This document shows, piece after piece, positions 27,016 through 39,000 of a DNA stretch of 64,000 nucleotides. Position 1 is the stretch's first letter. Each line of letters opens with the position of its first letter. This DNA is from Azolla caroliniana. Lineage: Eukaryota; Plantae; Polypodiophyta. The stretch is taken from assembly GCA_043228905.1 (NCBI GenBank), contig JBHGNT010000013.1, forward strand, positions 3,534,001 to 3,598,000, given 5' to 3'. A model generated the notes under the pieces. That model saw only the letters and a list, made by a program, of their open reading frames with translations. It was not told where the DNA came from and ran no database searches. The translations under genes were made by a program, and so were the position numbers.

Positions 27016-28275
27016 CTATGAATACTCATTTATGAATAACTTTGTAAACTTAAAAAAGAGAGAAATAAACCTTAGATCCTCTTCTCCTTGGACATCGTTT
27101 GAAATCATCTTCTTTTTCCCCTTTAGGGTGATAATACTTTTCTCTTCAATGACTTCTTCTTCCTCCTTAGACACCATGTGGAATGATTTGTTTTCCCTAT
27201 CCCACGAATATTCATCAATTGTTATGCTTTCCTCTTCTTGCTTGCCAATGTCGATAGATGATTCCTTCTCCTTTATACATTTGATTAGTTGTGGTGGATC
27301 CTTTGATGGTGATAAGTTAATGATACTCCAATCATGCATTACAAGTAAATCTCTTGGCTCTTGGTCAAATTGTTGTTGAAGAGTTGATGCCCACATAACT
27401 TTGTTGCTACTCAATGCAAATCCAAAACATAAATCATGCACGAGCACCTTCATACACTGCAACTTGGCACTTACCAATGCTTCCTTACACGCATTGATCT
27501 CCAAAAGCCAATCTCCAGCTATCACTTCTAGGTTACCTTCTTCATCTTGCAACTTCGTTGTGGGTACTTCACCATCAACAACTTCTTTTGTCATATCTTC
27601 CATTTCATCTTGCACATATTCATCATCAACCACCATATCACTTGTTGTATCAATAATGTCCTCAACATGATGTACATTGGCATCACCATCCATAACATCG
27701 CTTCTCATAACTATCTCCTTAGATTCGTCTTTCACATCATCATTCTTTATATCATGGTTGTCCTCATGAACTAGATGGGGGGACTCCACATTCATCACCT
27801 CTTCTTCATTGTCTCTGGAATCACCTTCATAGACATCATTATAACTCCAAAAATTAGAATAATGATATGAGGGAACCTGTTGAATCGGACATTGCAAGTA
27901 GGCTGGTTGTTGGCTCATGACCGATCCACAATTATTATAGCTTGGATTTATGGTATATGACGCCGATAATCCATATGCTTCACCGAATAACAACTTCTTC
28001 AATTGTTGATCATAACTTTGACATACTCGAAGCAAATCATGGAAAGACCTTGGGTACTTCATATGCACTTCATATTGAAAATATGGATCTAGCCCTGCTT
28101 TGAATCTTTCCATCTTGAAGTATACATCTTCAACGCCTCCAACAAGTCCAATCCAAGTGGACCATATATCCAAAAACGTCTTCTCATACTCGAGGTAGCA
28201 CATTGGTGAAACCATACGCAATTGGAAAAGTTCTCTTCGTAGATCTGTCGCATCGCGAACTCCATATCTTGCCAT
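27016..28275 (-). CDS. Gag-like protein with acidic tail, 419 aa (copy 1)
   Basis: Open ORF just after the PBS; retrotransposon gag-like LRM..YEKTF..RFKAGL; D/E-rich C-terminal half. Confidence 0.65.
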   Translation of the reverse strand: MARYGVRDATDLRRELFQLRMVSPMCYLEYEKTFLDIWSTWIGLVGGVEDVYFKMERFKAGLDPYFQYEVHMKYPRSFHDLLRVCQSYDQQLKKLLFGEAYGLSASYTINPSYNNCGSVMSQQPAYLQCPIQQVPSYHYSNFWSYNDVYEGDSRDNEEEVMNVESPHLVHEDNHDIKNDDVKDESKEIVMRSDVMDGDANVHHVEDIIDTTSDMVVDDEYVQDEMEDMTKEVVDGEVPTTKLQDEEGNLEVIAGDWLLEINACKEALVSAKLQCMKVLVHDLCFGFALSSNKVMWASTLQQQFDQEPRDLLVMHDWSIINLSPSKDPPQLIKCIKEKESSIDIGKQEEESITIDEYSWDRENKSFHMVSKEEEEVIEEKSIITLKGKKKMISNDVQGEEDLRFISLFFKFTKLFINEYS

Positions 28276-29683
28276 TAGTTTGATGATGAATCGGTAGATC
28301 CAACCATCAATTAGTGGACAACCGTTCCTCCCGTTATACAGAAAGGATCGACCCTCCCTGGAGCGCCAAAATGAAAAGAGATATGATGATAGAAAAAAGA
28401 GAGAGAAGGAAGATATAGAAACCCAAATCTACAAAGATATATTAATAAGGAGTGATCATCATAGAAACAAGAGAAAGAAGATACATAAACTCAAGCCTAC
28501 AAGGATCAATTGATCACTAGAAAAACGCACTACATGAATAGGCAAGAAAAACACCACAAGAAAAAAACTCTCCTCACCACCTCACTCTTCTTGCTTTATA
28601 TGAAGTTCTCCTCTAGTAGATAAGTTTCGCTTGCTTTCTTTTCCACGCTTTTTTTACAGCTTTTCCATCTCCTATTCTTAGCTATGATACAACGATCTTC
28701 TAATCGTCATATCTCCCTCGTAGAAGCTCTAAATTTAGAGCTTTAAAAACCTATGGATAGCTCTCTTCACAAACTTTCCAACCCATATTTACACATTATA
28801 TTTGGCTTCCAAACGAATGAGTTATGAGCGTTCGTTGTAGACTGCATTTTGGTGCCCGCTTTTTTCTTCTTTTACTTTTCTCCACGTGACTTGCTTTTTG
28901 TTTGACTTATCCTCAAGACCTTAGCTCGTGATCTTGCCCTCCGGATGTGAACGCACCATACCTTATATTCTTGTAGACTTCAATACCTTGAATTCTAAAA
29001 ACACTTTCACATTTAGCCCTCCCCCTTGCTTTTTTGTGAACCATTTATGGTGAACCCTAAGCTACTAATAAAACTAAAGGTTCTCCTTCGCCTTATTCAT
29101 GGCTATAGACAAAGAAGGAGAAAATAAATAGAAAAGAAACAAACTATGTGAGTAAAACCCCCGCTAGTCGATAGGAAAAACCTCACACTTCTAAACACAC
29201 ACACATACACATTGACAATTGCCATCACCATCTTTCTCCTTGTCAACACAAAGAAAGAGGTTACAACAATTAGTATATCTTCATCAACTTTCCAAACAGA
29301 AGTAGGTCTATGTGATACATAACTCTTGATAGAAGTAAGCATGTTAACATATGAATAAATCTTTCGAGCGAGCGAACCTTTTGTACAAATACCTTCAAAG
29401 CTTCGAGACTTGTCAGAATTGTCATATTTTGAATTATGTCAATCTTTGCTTCATCAACATGACTTTCTTCTTGGCACACCACATTCTCCACATTACCTTG
29501 TTTTTTATGTATGACCATTTCATCTAGAATCTCATCTCGAAAAGGAAGCAAAAATAAATCTCGTTTGGTTGAATCATTCAAGGATTGGAAGTTGACGTCT
29601 TTCTCCTTTGGAACAACCACAATAAGTGAGACAAACTTCAAATTCTCCAACTTGATGTGGTGCTTGATGCCTTCTACTCTTAT

Positions 29684-30943
29684 CTATGAATACTCATTTA
29701 TGAATAACTTTGTAAACTTAAAAAAGAGAGAAATAAACCTTAGATCCTCTTCTCCTTGGACATCGTTTGAAATCATCTTCTTTTTCCCCTTTAGGGTGAT
29801 AATACTTTTCTCTTCAATGACTTCTTCTTCCTCCTTAGACACCATGTGGAATGATTTGTTTTCCCTATCCCACGAATATTCATCAATTGTTATGCTTTCC
29901 TCTTCTTGCTTGCCAATGTCGATAGATGATTCCTTCTCCTTTATACATTTGATTAGTTGTGGTGGATCCTTTGATGGTGATAAGTTAATGATACTCCAAT
30001 CATGCATTACAAGTAAATCTCTTGGCTCTTGGTCAAATTGTTGTTGAAGAGTTGATGCCCACATAACTTTGTTGCTACTCAATGCAAATCCAAAACATAA
30101 ATCATGCACGAACACCTTCATACACTGCAACTTGGCACTTACCAATGCTTCCTTACACGCATTGATCTCCAAAAGCCAATCTCCAGCTATCACTTCTAGG
30201 TTACCTTCTTCATCTTGCAACTTCGTTGTGGGTACTTCACCATCAACAACTTCTTTTGTCATATCTTCCATTTCATCTTGCACATATTCATCATCAACCA
30301 CCATATCACTTGTTGTATCAATAATGTCCTCAACATGATGTACATTGGCATCACCATCCATAACATCGCTTCTCATAACTATCTCCTTAGATTCGTCTTT
30401 CACATCATCATTCTTTATATCATGGTTGTCCTCATGAACTAGATGGGGGGACTCCACATTCATCACCTCTTCTTCATTGTCTCTGGAATCACCTTCATAG
30501 ACATCATTATAACTCCAAAAATTAGAATAATGATATGAGGGAACCTGTTGAATCGGACATTGCAAGTAGGCTGGTTGTTGGCTCATGACCGATCCACAAT
30601 TATTATAGCTTGGATTTATGGTATATGACGCCGATAATCCATATGCTTCACCGAATAACAACTTCTTCAATTGTTGATCATAACTTTGACATACTCGAAG
30701 CAAATCATGGAAAGACCTTGGGTACTTCATATGCACTTCATATTGAAAATATGGATCTAGCCCTGCTTTGAATCTTTCCATCTTGAAGTATACATCTTCA
30801 ACGCCTCCAACAAGTCCAATCCAAGTGGACCATATATCCAAAAACGTCTTCTCATACTCGAGGTAGCACATTGGTGAAACCATACGCAATTGGAAAAGTT
30901 CTCTTCGTAGATCTGTCGCATCGCGAACTCCATATCTTGCCAT
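29684..30943 (-). CDS. Gag-like protein with acidic tail, 419 aa (copy 2)
   Basis: Identical to copy 1 except one L/F change. Confidence 0.65.
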   Translation of the reverse strand: MARYGVRDATDLRRELFQLRMVSPMCYLEYEKTFLDIWSTWIGLVGGVEDVYFKMERFKAGLDPYFQYEVHMKYPRSFHDLLRVCQSYDQQLKKLLFGEAYGLSASYTINPSYNNCGSVMSQQPAYLQCPIQQVPSYHYSNFWSYNDVYEGDSRDNEEEVMNVESPHLVHEDNHDIKNDDVKDESKEIVMRSDVMDGDANVHHVEDIIDTTSDMVVDDEYVQDEMEDMTKEVVDGEVPTTKLQDEEGNLEVIAGDWLLEINACKEALVSAKLQCMKVFVHDLCFGFALSSNKVMWASTLQQQFDQEPRDLLVMHDWSIINLSPSKDPPQLIKCIKEKESSIDIGKQEEESITIDEYSWDRENKSFHMVSKEEEEVIEEKSIITLKGKKKMISNDVQGEEDLRFISLFFKFTKLFINEYS

Positions 30944-32261
30944 TAGTTTGATGATGAATCGGTAGATCCAACCATCAATTAGTGGACAACCGTTCCTCCC
31001 GTTATACAGAAAGGATCGACCCTCCCTGGAGCGCCAAAATGAAAAGAGATATGATGATAGAAAAAAGAGAGAGAAGGAAGATATAGAAACCCAAATCTAC
31101 AAAGATATATTAATAAGGAGTGATCATCATAGAAACAAGAGAAAGAAGATACATAAACTCAAGCCTACAAGGATCAATTGATCACTAGAAAAACGCACTA
31201 CATGAATAGGCAAGAAAAACACCACAAGAAAAAAACTCTCCTCACCACCTCACTCTTCTTGCTTTATATGAAGTTCTCCTCTAGTAGATAAGTTTCGCTT
31301 GCTTTCTTTTCCACGCTTTTTTTACAGCTTTTCCATCTCCTATTCTTAGCTATGATACAACGATCTTCTAATCGTCATATCTCCCTCGTAGAAGCTCTAA
31401 ATTTAGAGCTTTAAAAACCTATGGATAGCTCTCTTCACAAACTTTCCAACCCATATTTACACATTATATTTGGCTTCCAAACGAATGAGTTATGAGCGTT
31501 CGTTGTAGACTGCATTTTGGTGCCCGCTTTTTTCTTCTTTTACTTTTCTCCACGTGACTTGCTTTTTGTTTGACTTATCCTCAAGACCTTAGCTCGTGAT
31601 CTTGCCCTCCGGATGTGAACGCACCATACCTTATATTCTTGTAGACTTCAATACCTTGAATTCTAAAAACACTTTCACACTTACCAGTGATCATGTAAGG
31701 GCCAAAACGTTGGTAATCCAATTTACTGCAAGGTCGAGTGGTCTTGATGTTGTGTTGGAGAAGCCATACATGATCCCCAATGCGGAACTTTTTTGAGGAG
31801 TCTAGACGATGACGATCGGCAAGCCTCTTGTGTGTAAATTGAGCATCGTGCAAATTGTGGAGAATGTTAGCTTGAATTTCTTGGAGGCGACTAAGACAAT
31901 CCTCGGCAGCAGGGTTGGTAGGAACTTCTGGATGCGCATTCATCGTCCATCGAGGATGACAGCCCGTATTTGCGAAAAATGGGGAATATCCTGTAGAAGA
32001 ATGGGCTGAGTTGTTGTAAGCGAATTCCGCCAAGTGCAAAAATGCAACCCAATCATCTTGTTGATAGTTGATGAAACAACGAAGATATTGTTCCAATGTC
32101 TGGTTGGTACGCTCTGTTTGGCCATTTGTTTCAGGATGATAGCCCGAAGAAAGCTTAACTGAAATGTGGAGAAGTTTGAACAGGTGCTTCCAAAACTTTG
32201 AGATGAATTGTGGACCACGATCACTAATAATATCATCTGGCAGACCATGATGCTTAAATAC

Positions 32262-34340
32262 CTACCGCATAACGAGATCAGCCGTCTCTTGACTAGTAAT
32301 CGACTTTGTACATGGCAAGAAATGTGCCATTTTGGTAAATCGATCAACCACTGTGAGAATTGCATCAAAACCTTTTGAAACTGGGAGATCAGTAATGAAG
32401 TCCAAGGATATAGACTTCCAAGGTGTTTTCGGAACGGGAAGTGGTTGTAGTAAGCCATAGGGTCGGTGACGAGGATTCTTTGATCGACAACATATATCAC
32501 AACTCCGAACATACTCCTCAACAAAATGACGAAGGCGAGGCCACCAATAGCGTCGAGAAATTAATTCTAGAGTCTTGTGAACTCCAAAATGACCAGCCAT
32601 TGGTGAGTCATGGCAATGTTGCAAAACTTGTAGCCGTGGGGGACCATCAGGAACATACAATAAATTTTGTCGAAATAGAAAACCATCATGCCAATAGAAC
32701 TGACAATAGTCATTACGAGGATTTTTCGACTGTGAGCAAGAAGCACGATCTAGGACGATATGATCCAAAACATCCTTGGCGAAATCATCAGTGGCCATAT
32801 GATCTCGAATGGAATCAAGAAGAGTGGAATTTTCAAGAGCTGTTATGGCGTTAACTACCATTAATCGTAATCGATTAGGACCCAAAAGGATTTGTTTTTG
32901 ATGCTCAAAAGCAGGTTCCCCTGGACGAAGTTCCATATAAGAGCGCCGAGAAAGAGCATCTGCTTTGCCTTGCTGCATCCCAGGGCGATATATGATGATA
33001 AAGTCGAAGTGAGTCAAAAATTGCGCCCACCGGGCTTGTCGCCGACTCAAGACTCGAGCATTTTGGAAATAAGTCAGGTTCTTATGATCATTGTAGACAA
33101 TGATCTGCTGAGAAGAACCTTCTAGGAAATGTCTCCATTGTTGAAACGAATCCACGATTGCAAGAAGCTCTTTGTCATGGATCTCGTAGTTGATCTCTGC
33201 AGCTTCAAACTTTCGTGAATGAAAGGCGACAGGGTGTAGTTGTCCATCATCTCCAGTCTGCGAGAGGACACTCCCTAGTGCAAAATCGGATGCATCGGCT
33301 TCGAGGATGAAGCGTTTTGTTGGGTCGACATGTGCTAAGATAGGTGCCGTTGTAAATGCTCGTTTTAAGCTTTCGAATGCCTCGGATGCATCTGAACTCC
33401 ATATAAATGGTTGATCTTTATGTGTGAGCTGAGTAAGCGGAAGCACAACCTTGGAATAATCTTTAATAAATTTTCGATAAAAATTTGCAAACCCGAGAAA
33501 ACATTGCACATCACACACTGAAAGGGGCGTTTGCCATTCTAAAATTGCCTGTACCTTCATGGGGTTCATAGCAATACCATTTGACGATACAACATACCCC
33601 AAAAATTCCACTTGATTCTGGCCGAAACTACACTTTTCTAATTTTGCGTAGAGACCATATTCTCGGAGTCGGCATAGTACTTGACGAACATGTGCATCAT
33701 GCTCCTCTTGGGTCTTTGAGTAGATTAAAATATCATCTAGGTAAACTATAGTGAAGATATCAAGAAAATCTCGAAAAATATCGTTCGCCATATGTTGGAA
33801 AACAGCAGGTGCATTCGTGAGACCAAATGGCATCACTGTATACTCAAAATGTCCATAGCGAGTGCGGAAAGCTGTCTTCCATTCATCCCCCGGGCGAATC
33901 CGAACTAGATTATATGCTCCGCGAAGGTCCAACTTCGTGAAATATTTTGCACCACTGAGACGTTCCAAAAGATTCGGGATTAATGGTAGAGCATATCTAT
34001 TTCGGATAGTCACTTTGTTTAGCCCTCGATAATCCACGACCAACCGAAGAGTCCCATTCTTCTTCTTAACGAAGAAGATAGGTGCACCAGCAGGGGATCT
34101 AGAATGCCGAATGAATCCGTTTGCCAGATCCTCATCAATATATTCCCGCAAAGTCTCTAGCTCTACAAGGGAGAGATTATAAATTGGGCCCCATGGAGGT
34201 TCTTTCCCTGGTTGTAAGTCAATAGGGCAGTCGTATGGCCGATGCTCCGGCAATGTATTGGCCTTCACCTTATCAAAGACATCTGAAAACTCCTTGTATT
34301 TCTCTGGTAGTTTAATATCCGTGTCACGTGAAGTGGATGA
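32262..34340 (-). pseudogene. Pol (RT-RNase H-INT) of element B, cut by insertions, with a premature stop
   Basis: YLDD, ADASDFALG, HxxxxxxH..CxxC. Confidence 0.9.
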
Positions 34341-34635
34341 TGTCATGATATGGCAAGACTCGAACCCATGACCTTAGGTTATATGGGTCGAGCTCTTGAC
34401 CATTAGACCATCTATTGTAATACGTAGGATATTATTTTCATTTACATTTTATTATAGGAAATTAGTGTATATTCCAGATTTCTCTGGAACATTCTAGAAG
34501 CTTCAGGATTACTCCTGAAAACACTATAAAAGAGGGCACTAGGCATTATGTTGAACCAAATTGGTTCAACGCCAGTCTTAAGCCTTTTAGCCACCGTTGT
34601 ATATTCTCTTCATATAATAAATATCTTTCTTATCA

Positions 34636-34676
<41 letters not shown>

Positions 34677-34853
34677 GTCTCGCTCACTTCTTCCTTCTCT
34701 CGAAGAAGTTCCACACCTCTCATAGTACTAATCCTTCGTTTAGTACTAATTCCTTCTCTGTCTCAGTACTGTTCATGACAGTTTGAACCAATTTTCCTAC
34801 CTTCTGTCTCTCTCATTTCCTACAAATCTTTTATTCCTCTTTTCTTTCATCCC

Positions 34854-36005
34854 ATGGCCACTGTTAGCGCTGAAGAATATCAATCTGTTTTCTCGGAATT
34901 CCAATGCTTGAAGGAGAAGTTCCATGCTTTGGAACAAGAAAACCAACGGTTGCTGGGGGATCTTCAGCAAATCTCCTTAGAAAAGCAGCAAACGCAACAA
35001 CAACATGGGGAACTTGCGTTACGCGTGCAACAACTCGAAGCCACCATCGTAGCGATGCAACAACATGGGCCCGGAACACAAGGGATTCATAAAGAACCTA
35101 AGATTGGCCTTCCCACGAAGTTCGATGGAACGCGATCGCAGTTTAGAGGGTTCCTTAACCAGGTACGATTAGTTATTCAAATGCATCCTTCCCGATATCC
35201 CACCGATGCATCACGAGTGGGTTTAGTAGGCACTTTGTTAAGTGGCTCAGCGTTGTCATGGTTCGCTCCACTATTAGAAAAGGAATCTCCGTTACTCAAC
35301 AATTTTGAAGAGTTTCTAGGTGAGTTTAAAGCATGTTTCGGAGATACTGACAGCATCAGGACCGCAATCAACAAAATCCGGCGATTACGCCAAGGTGACC
35401 GTCCAGCCTCCGCATACGCTGCAGATTTTCGCCTACTCGCCGCCGATATCCCTTGGGATGATCAAGCGTTGATGGAGCAATTCCGTTATGGTTTACGCAA
35501 CGACGTCAAAGATTTACTCTTGACCTTCCCCGAAGAGCCAAAGTCCTTAACAGAAGCAATCAGTCGCGCGGTGAGATGTGACAACCGCCTCTTTGAGCGA
35601 CGTTCGGAACGACAGCTACAGATGCCGAGGTCAAGATCAGAGCCCACCTACGCCTCAGTGGTAGCAAGACCTTTTCCGAGGGAGTCATATAATGCGTCTC
35701 CAGCGAATACTCCGACTCCGATGGAGATTGACACTACACGTCGTCGAGGGCCATTATCCGAAGAAGAAAAGCAGCGACGCCGTACAAATCGACTATGTCT
35801 TTACTGCGGTGGACCAGGACATATCGCAATAAATTGCCCCCATAGGCCAAGAAGACAGGTAAACCAAATAGTCGCTAGTTCTAATTGTACTAAATCCGAA
35901 CCTATTTCAGTAGGGATATCTGATAGTCCTAATAGTACTAATATCCCAGATCTAGCAAACAAATTTGATGTCCTTAGTCAGTTAGAAGAAGAGTTAAACG
36001 ACTAA
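34854..36005 (+). CDS. Gag of element C
   Basis: 383-aa ORF with coiled-coil-like N-terminus, retrotransposon gag domain and CLYCGGPGHIAINC knuckle. Confidence 0.93.
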   Translation: MATVSAEEYQSVFSEFQCLKEKFHALEQENQRLLGDLQQISLEKQQTQQQHGELALRVQQLEATIVAMQQHGPGTQGIHKEPKIGLPTKFDGTRSQFRGFLNQVRLVIQMHPSRYPTDASRVGLVGTLLSGSALSWFAPLLEKESPLLNNFEEFLGEFKACFGDTDSIRTAINKIRRLRQGDRPASAYAADFRLLAADIPWDDQALMEQFRYGLRNDVKDLLLTFPEEPKSLTEAISRAVRCDNRLFERRSERQLQMPRSRSEPTYASVVARPFPRESYNASPANTPTPMEIDTTRRRGPLSEEEKQRRRTNRLCLYCGGPGHIAINCPHRPRRQVNQIVASSNCTKSEPISVGISDSPNSTNIPDLANKFDVLSQLEEELND

Positions 36006-39000
36006 GTCCAGCCAAAATAGGAGCTGTTTGGTTGGACAGCCCTAGATCTGTGCAGCCCATTAGTGGTTCCATTCCCTCTAAGCAAGTTAGTGATGTGTTC
36101 GTAGCCCAAGTAATAGTTAGTACTAAAAGTACCCCTCCAGTACATGTCCTAGCACTCTTAGATTCCGGAGCTAACTCTTGCTTTATGGATAAGAAATTTG
36201 CTCAAGCTCAGAAGATATCCCTAAGAAAACTCCAGTGTCCAGCCTCTGTAGTAGTCATCGATGGACGTCCCATTGCTTCCGGAAATATCCTAGAAGAGTC
36301 AGAGCCCATTAATATTGTCCTAGATAACTTAGTATGTGTAGTATCATTTAATATTATTAGTATCCCAGAACATCCTATAGTTTTAGGACTACCGTGGTTC
36401 GAGTTACATAACCCTGACATAGATTGGAGAACAAGAGAAATCCGGTGTCGACAAACCCAAGGGTCAACTCAGAAGATGGCAACCATTTCGCTACGTCAGT
36501 TGCGTAAAGAAGGGCACAAGGAGGAAATGTTCCTCTTTGCAATATCAGTAAACCCCTCCAACACCACTAAAGAAGAATCCACCGTTCAACTTCCCGAGAA
36601 GTATCGCCATTACACCGATGTGTTCGATAAAGTACAAGCCAACACACTTCCTCATCATCGACCGTACGATTGCCCCATCGATTTACAACCGGGAAAAGAG
36701 CCGCCATGGGGACCGATCTACAATTTGTCACCAACCGAGCTGGAAGTCCTTCGGGCCTATATAGAGGAGAATTTGGAAAATGGTTTCATTCGGCATTCGA
36801 AATCTCCAGCCGGTGCGCCCATTTTCTTCGTCAAGAAAAAAGATGGATCGCTTTGTCTCGTTGTAGATTACCGTGGCTTGAATAAGGTTACAATCAGGAA
36901 TAGGTATGCTCTTCCCCTTATCTCAAGTCTTTTAGAACGGATCAATGGTGCCAGGTTCTTCACGAAGATCGACTTACGGGGAGCATATAACCTCGTACGG
37001 ATCCGACCAGGAGACGAATGGAAGACCGCGTTTCGCACCAGATATGGGCACTTCGAGTATACTGTCATGCCGTTCGGCCTCACTAATGCGCCGGCAGTCT
37101 TCCAGCACATGGCTAATGATATATTCCGAGATCTATTGGATGATTGTTTGATCATCTATTTGGATGATCTACTGGTTTATTCAAAGACCCAAGAAGAACA
37201 TGATTCTCATGTACTATTAGTACTAAAACGACTTCGAGAACATGGTCTGTATGCAAAGCTAGAAAAATGTAGTTTCGGGTGCAACCAAGTGGAATTTCTC
37301 GGCTACATCATTTCGTCAGAAGGCATCTCCATGGACCCAGCTAAGGTCAGAACGGTGGTAGAATGGCAGACTCCGCGTTCGGTACGGGATGTGCAATGCT
37401 TCTTAGGCTTTGCCAATTTTTACCGGAAGTTCATACAGGATTACTCAAAGATCGTTCTACCTCTCACACAACTTACCAGGAAGGGACAACCGTTCACCTG
37501 GTCTGAAGAAACGGACATGTCTTTCGAGAGTCTTAAAAAAGCATTTACATCGGCTCCAATTCTAGCTCATGTCGATCCGGAGAAACCATTCATTATCGAA
37601 GCTGACGCATCGGATTTTGCATTGGGGAGCATTCTGTCACAACAAGGGAATGATGAAAAGCTACATCCTATGGCTTTTCACTCACGCAAGTTTGATGCCG
37701 CCGAAATCAACTACGAAATCCATGATAAGGAGCTATTGGCAATAGTGGATTCTTTTATGCAATGGAGGCATTTTCTGGAGGGATCCTCTCATCCAGTCAC
37801 CGTATTTAGTGACCACAAGAATCTTGCCTACTTTCAGGATGCTCGTGTGTTGAATCGACGTCAAGCTCGGTGGGCCCACTTCCTCACGCGTTTCGACTTC
37901 AAAATTACATATCGTCCGGGGAGGCACCAAGGGAAGGCAGATGCATTATCACGGCGTTCGTATCTAGCACCCCGTCCCGGCGAGCCAGCTTTCGATAACC
38001 AAAAACAAGTCATCTTGGGACCGGCACGATTACAAGCAACACAAATCTTTGACATGCCTATGGATTCCCGCGTTATCGATACCATACGTGAAGACTTGAA
38101 GACAGATGCGTTCGCCCAAGCTATACTAGCACAAATTGATCCCTCTCGAGCGTTGTGTTCACAGTCGCAACCACCAGGTACGGACTATCGGCAATTCAAA
38201 TACCATGATGGATTACTCTTCTTTAAAGAACTTTTGTATGTTCCTAATGGTTCTTGCCGCCTTCGAGTAGTACAAAACTGTCATGACACATATACAGCTG
38301 GGCATTTTGGTAGTACTAAAACATTACATTTAGTACAACGATCATTCTGGTGGCCCTGTATGCGGCAATTTGTCGAGGATTTTGTTCGGACTTGTGATAC
38401 ATGTTGTAGAGCGAAAATGCCAAGGCATCATCCATATGGTTTATTAGAACCATTATCAATTCCAAGCAAGCCGTGGCAATCCATTGCTCTAGACTTCATC
38501 ACAGATCTTCCAGTCTCTAAGGGGTTCAATGCGATTCTAACGGTGGTCGATCAATATACGAAGATGGCTCATTTCTTGCCATGTACTAAGGAGATCTCCA
38601 GTGAAGACACTGCCGAAATTGTCATGCGTGAAGTATGTCGGCATCATGGACTCCCCGATAGTATCATCAGCGACCGTGGACCCCAGTTCGTGTCAAAATT
38701 CTGGAAGCACCTTTTTAACATGCTCAAGGTCACTTGTAACCTCTCTTCCGGCTACCACCCACAAACTGACGGCCAAGCTGAACGAACAAATCAAACGTTG
38801 GAGCAGTATCTGCGGTGCTTTCTCAGCTATCATCAGGACGACTGGGCAGATATTCTCCACTTCGCCGAATTTGCCTATAACAACTCTATCCACGCATCCA
38901 CTAAAGTTACGCCATTTTATGCTTATACGGGATGTCACCCCCGGTGGAGTGTACTTGAAACCCCAGAGGTGTCCACAAATCTGTGCGCGGAGGATCGTTT

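Larger units (their letters stand above)
25704..31679 (-). mobile_element. Tandem three-LTR non-autonomous gag-only (TR-GAG-like) element; 640-bp LTRs 25704-26343, 28372-29011 and 31040-31679; TSD CTTAC
   Basis: 2668-bp period, with CTTAC only at the outer flanks. PBS TGGCGCTCCAGGGAGGGTCGA and PPT AAAAAAGCAAGGGGGAGGG. Confidence 0.93.

Noticed and set aside
34854-36005. Domesticated PEG10/RTL1-like host gene
   Set aside because: It lies between LTRs with a TSD, followed by a full pol; ordinary retrotransposon gag.
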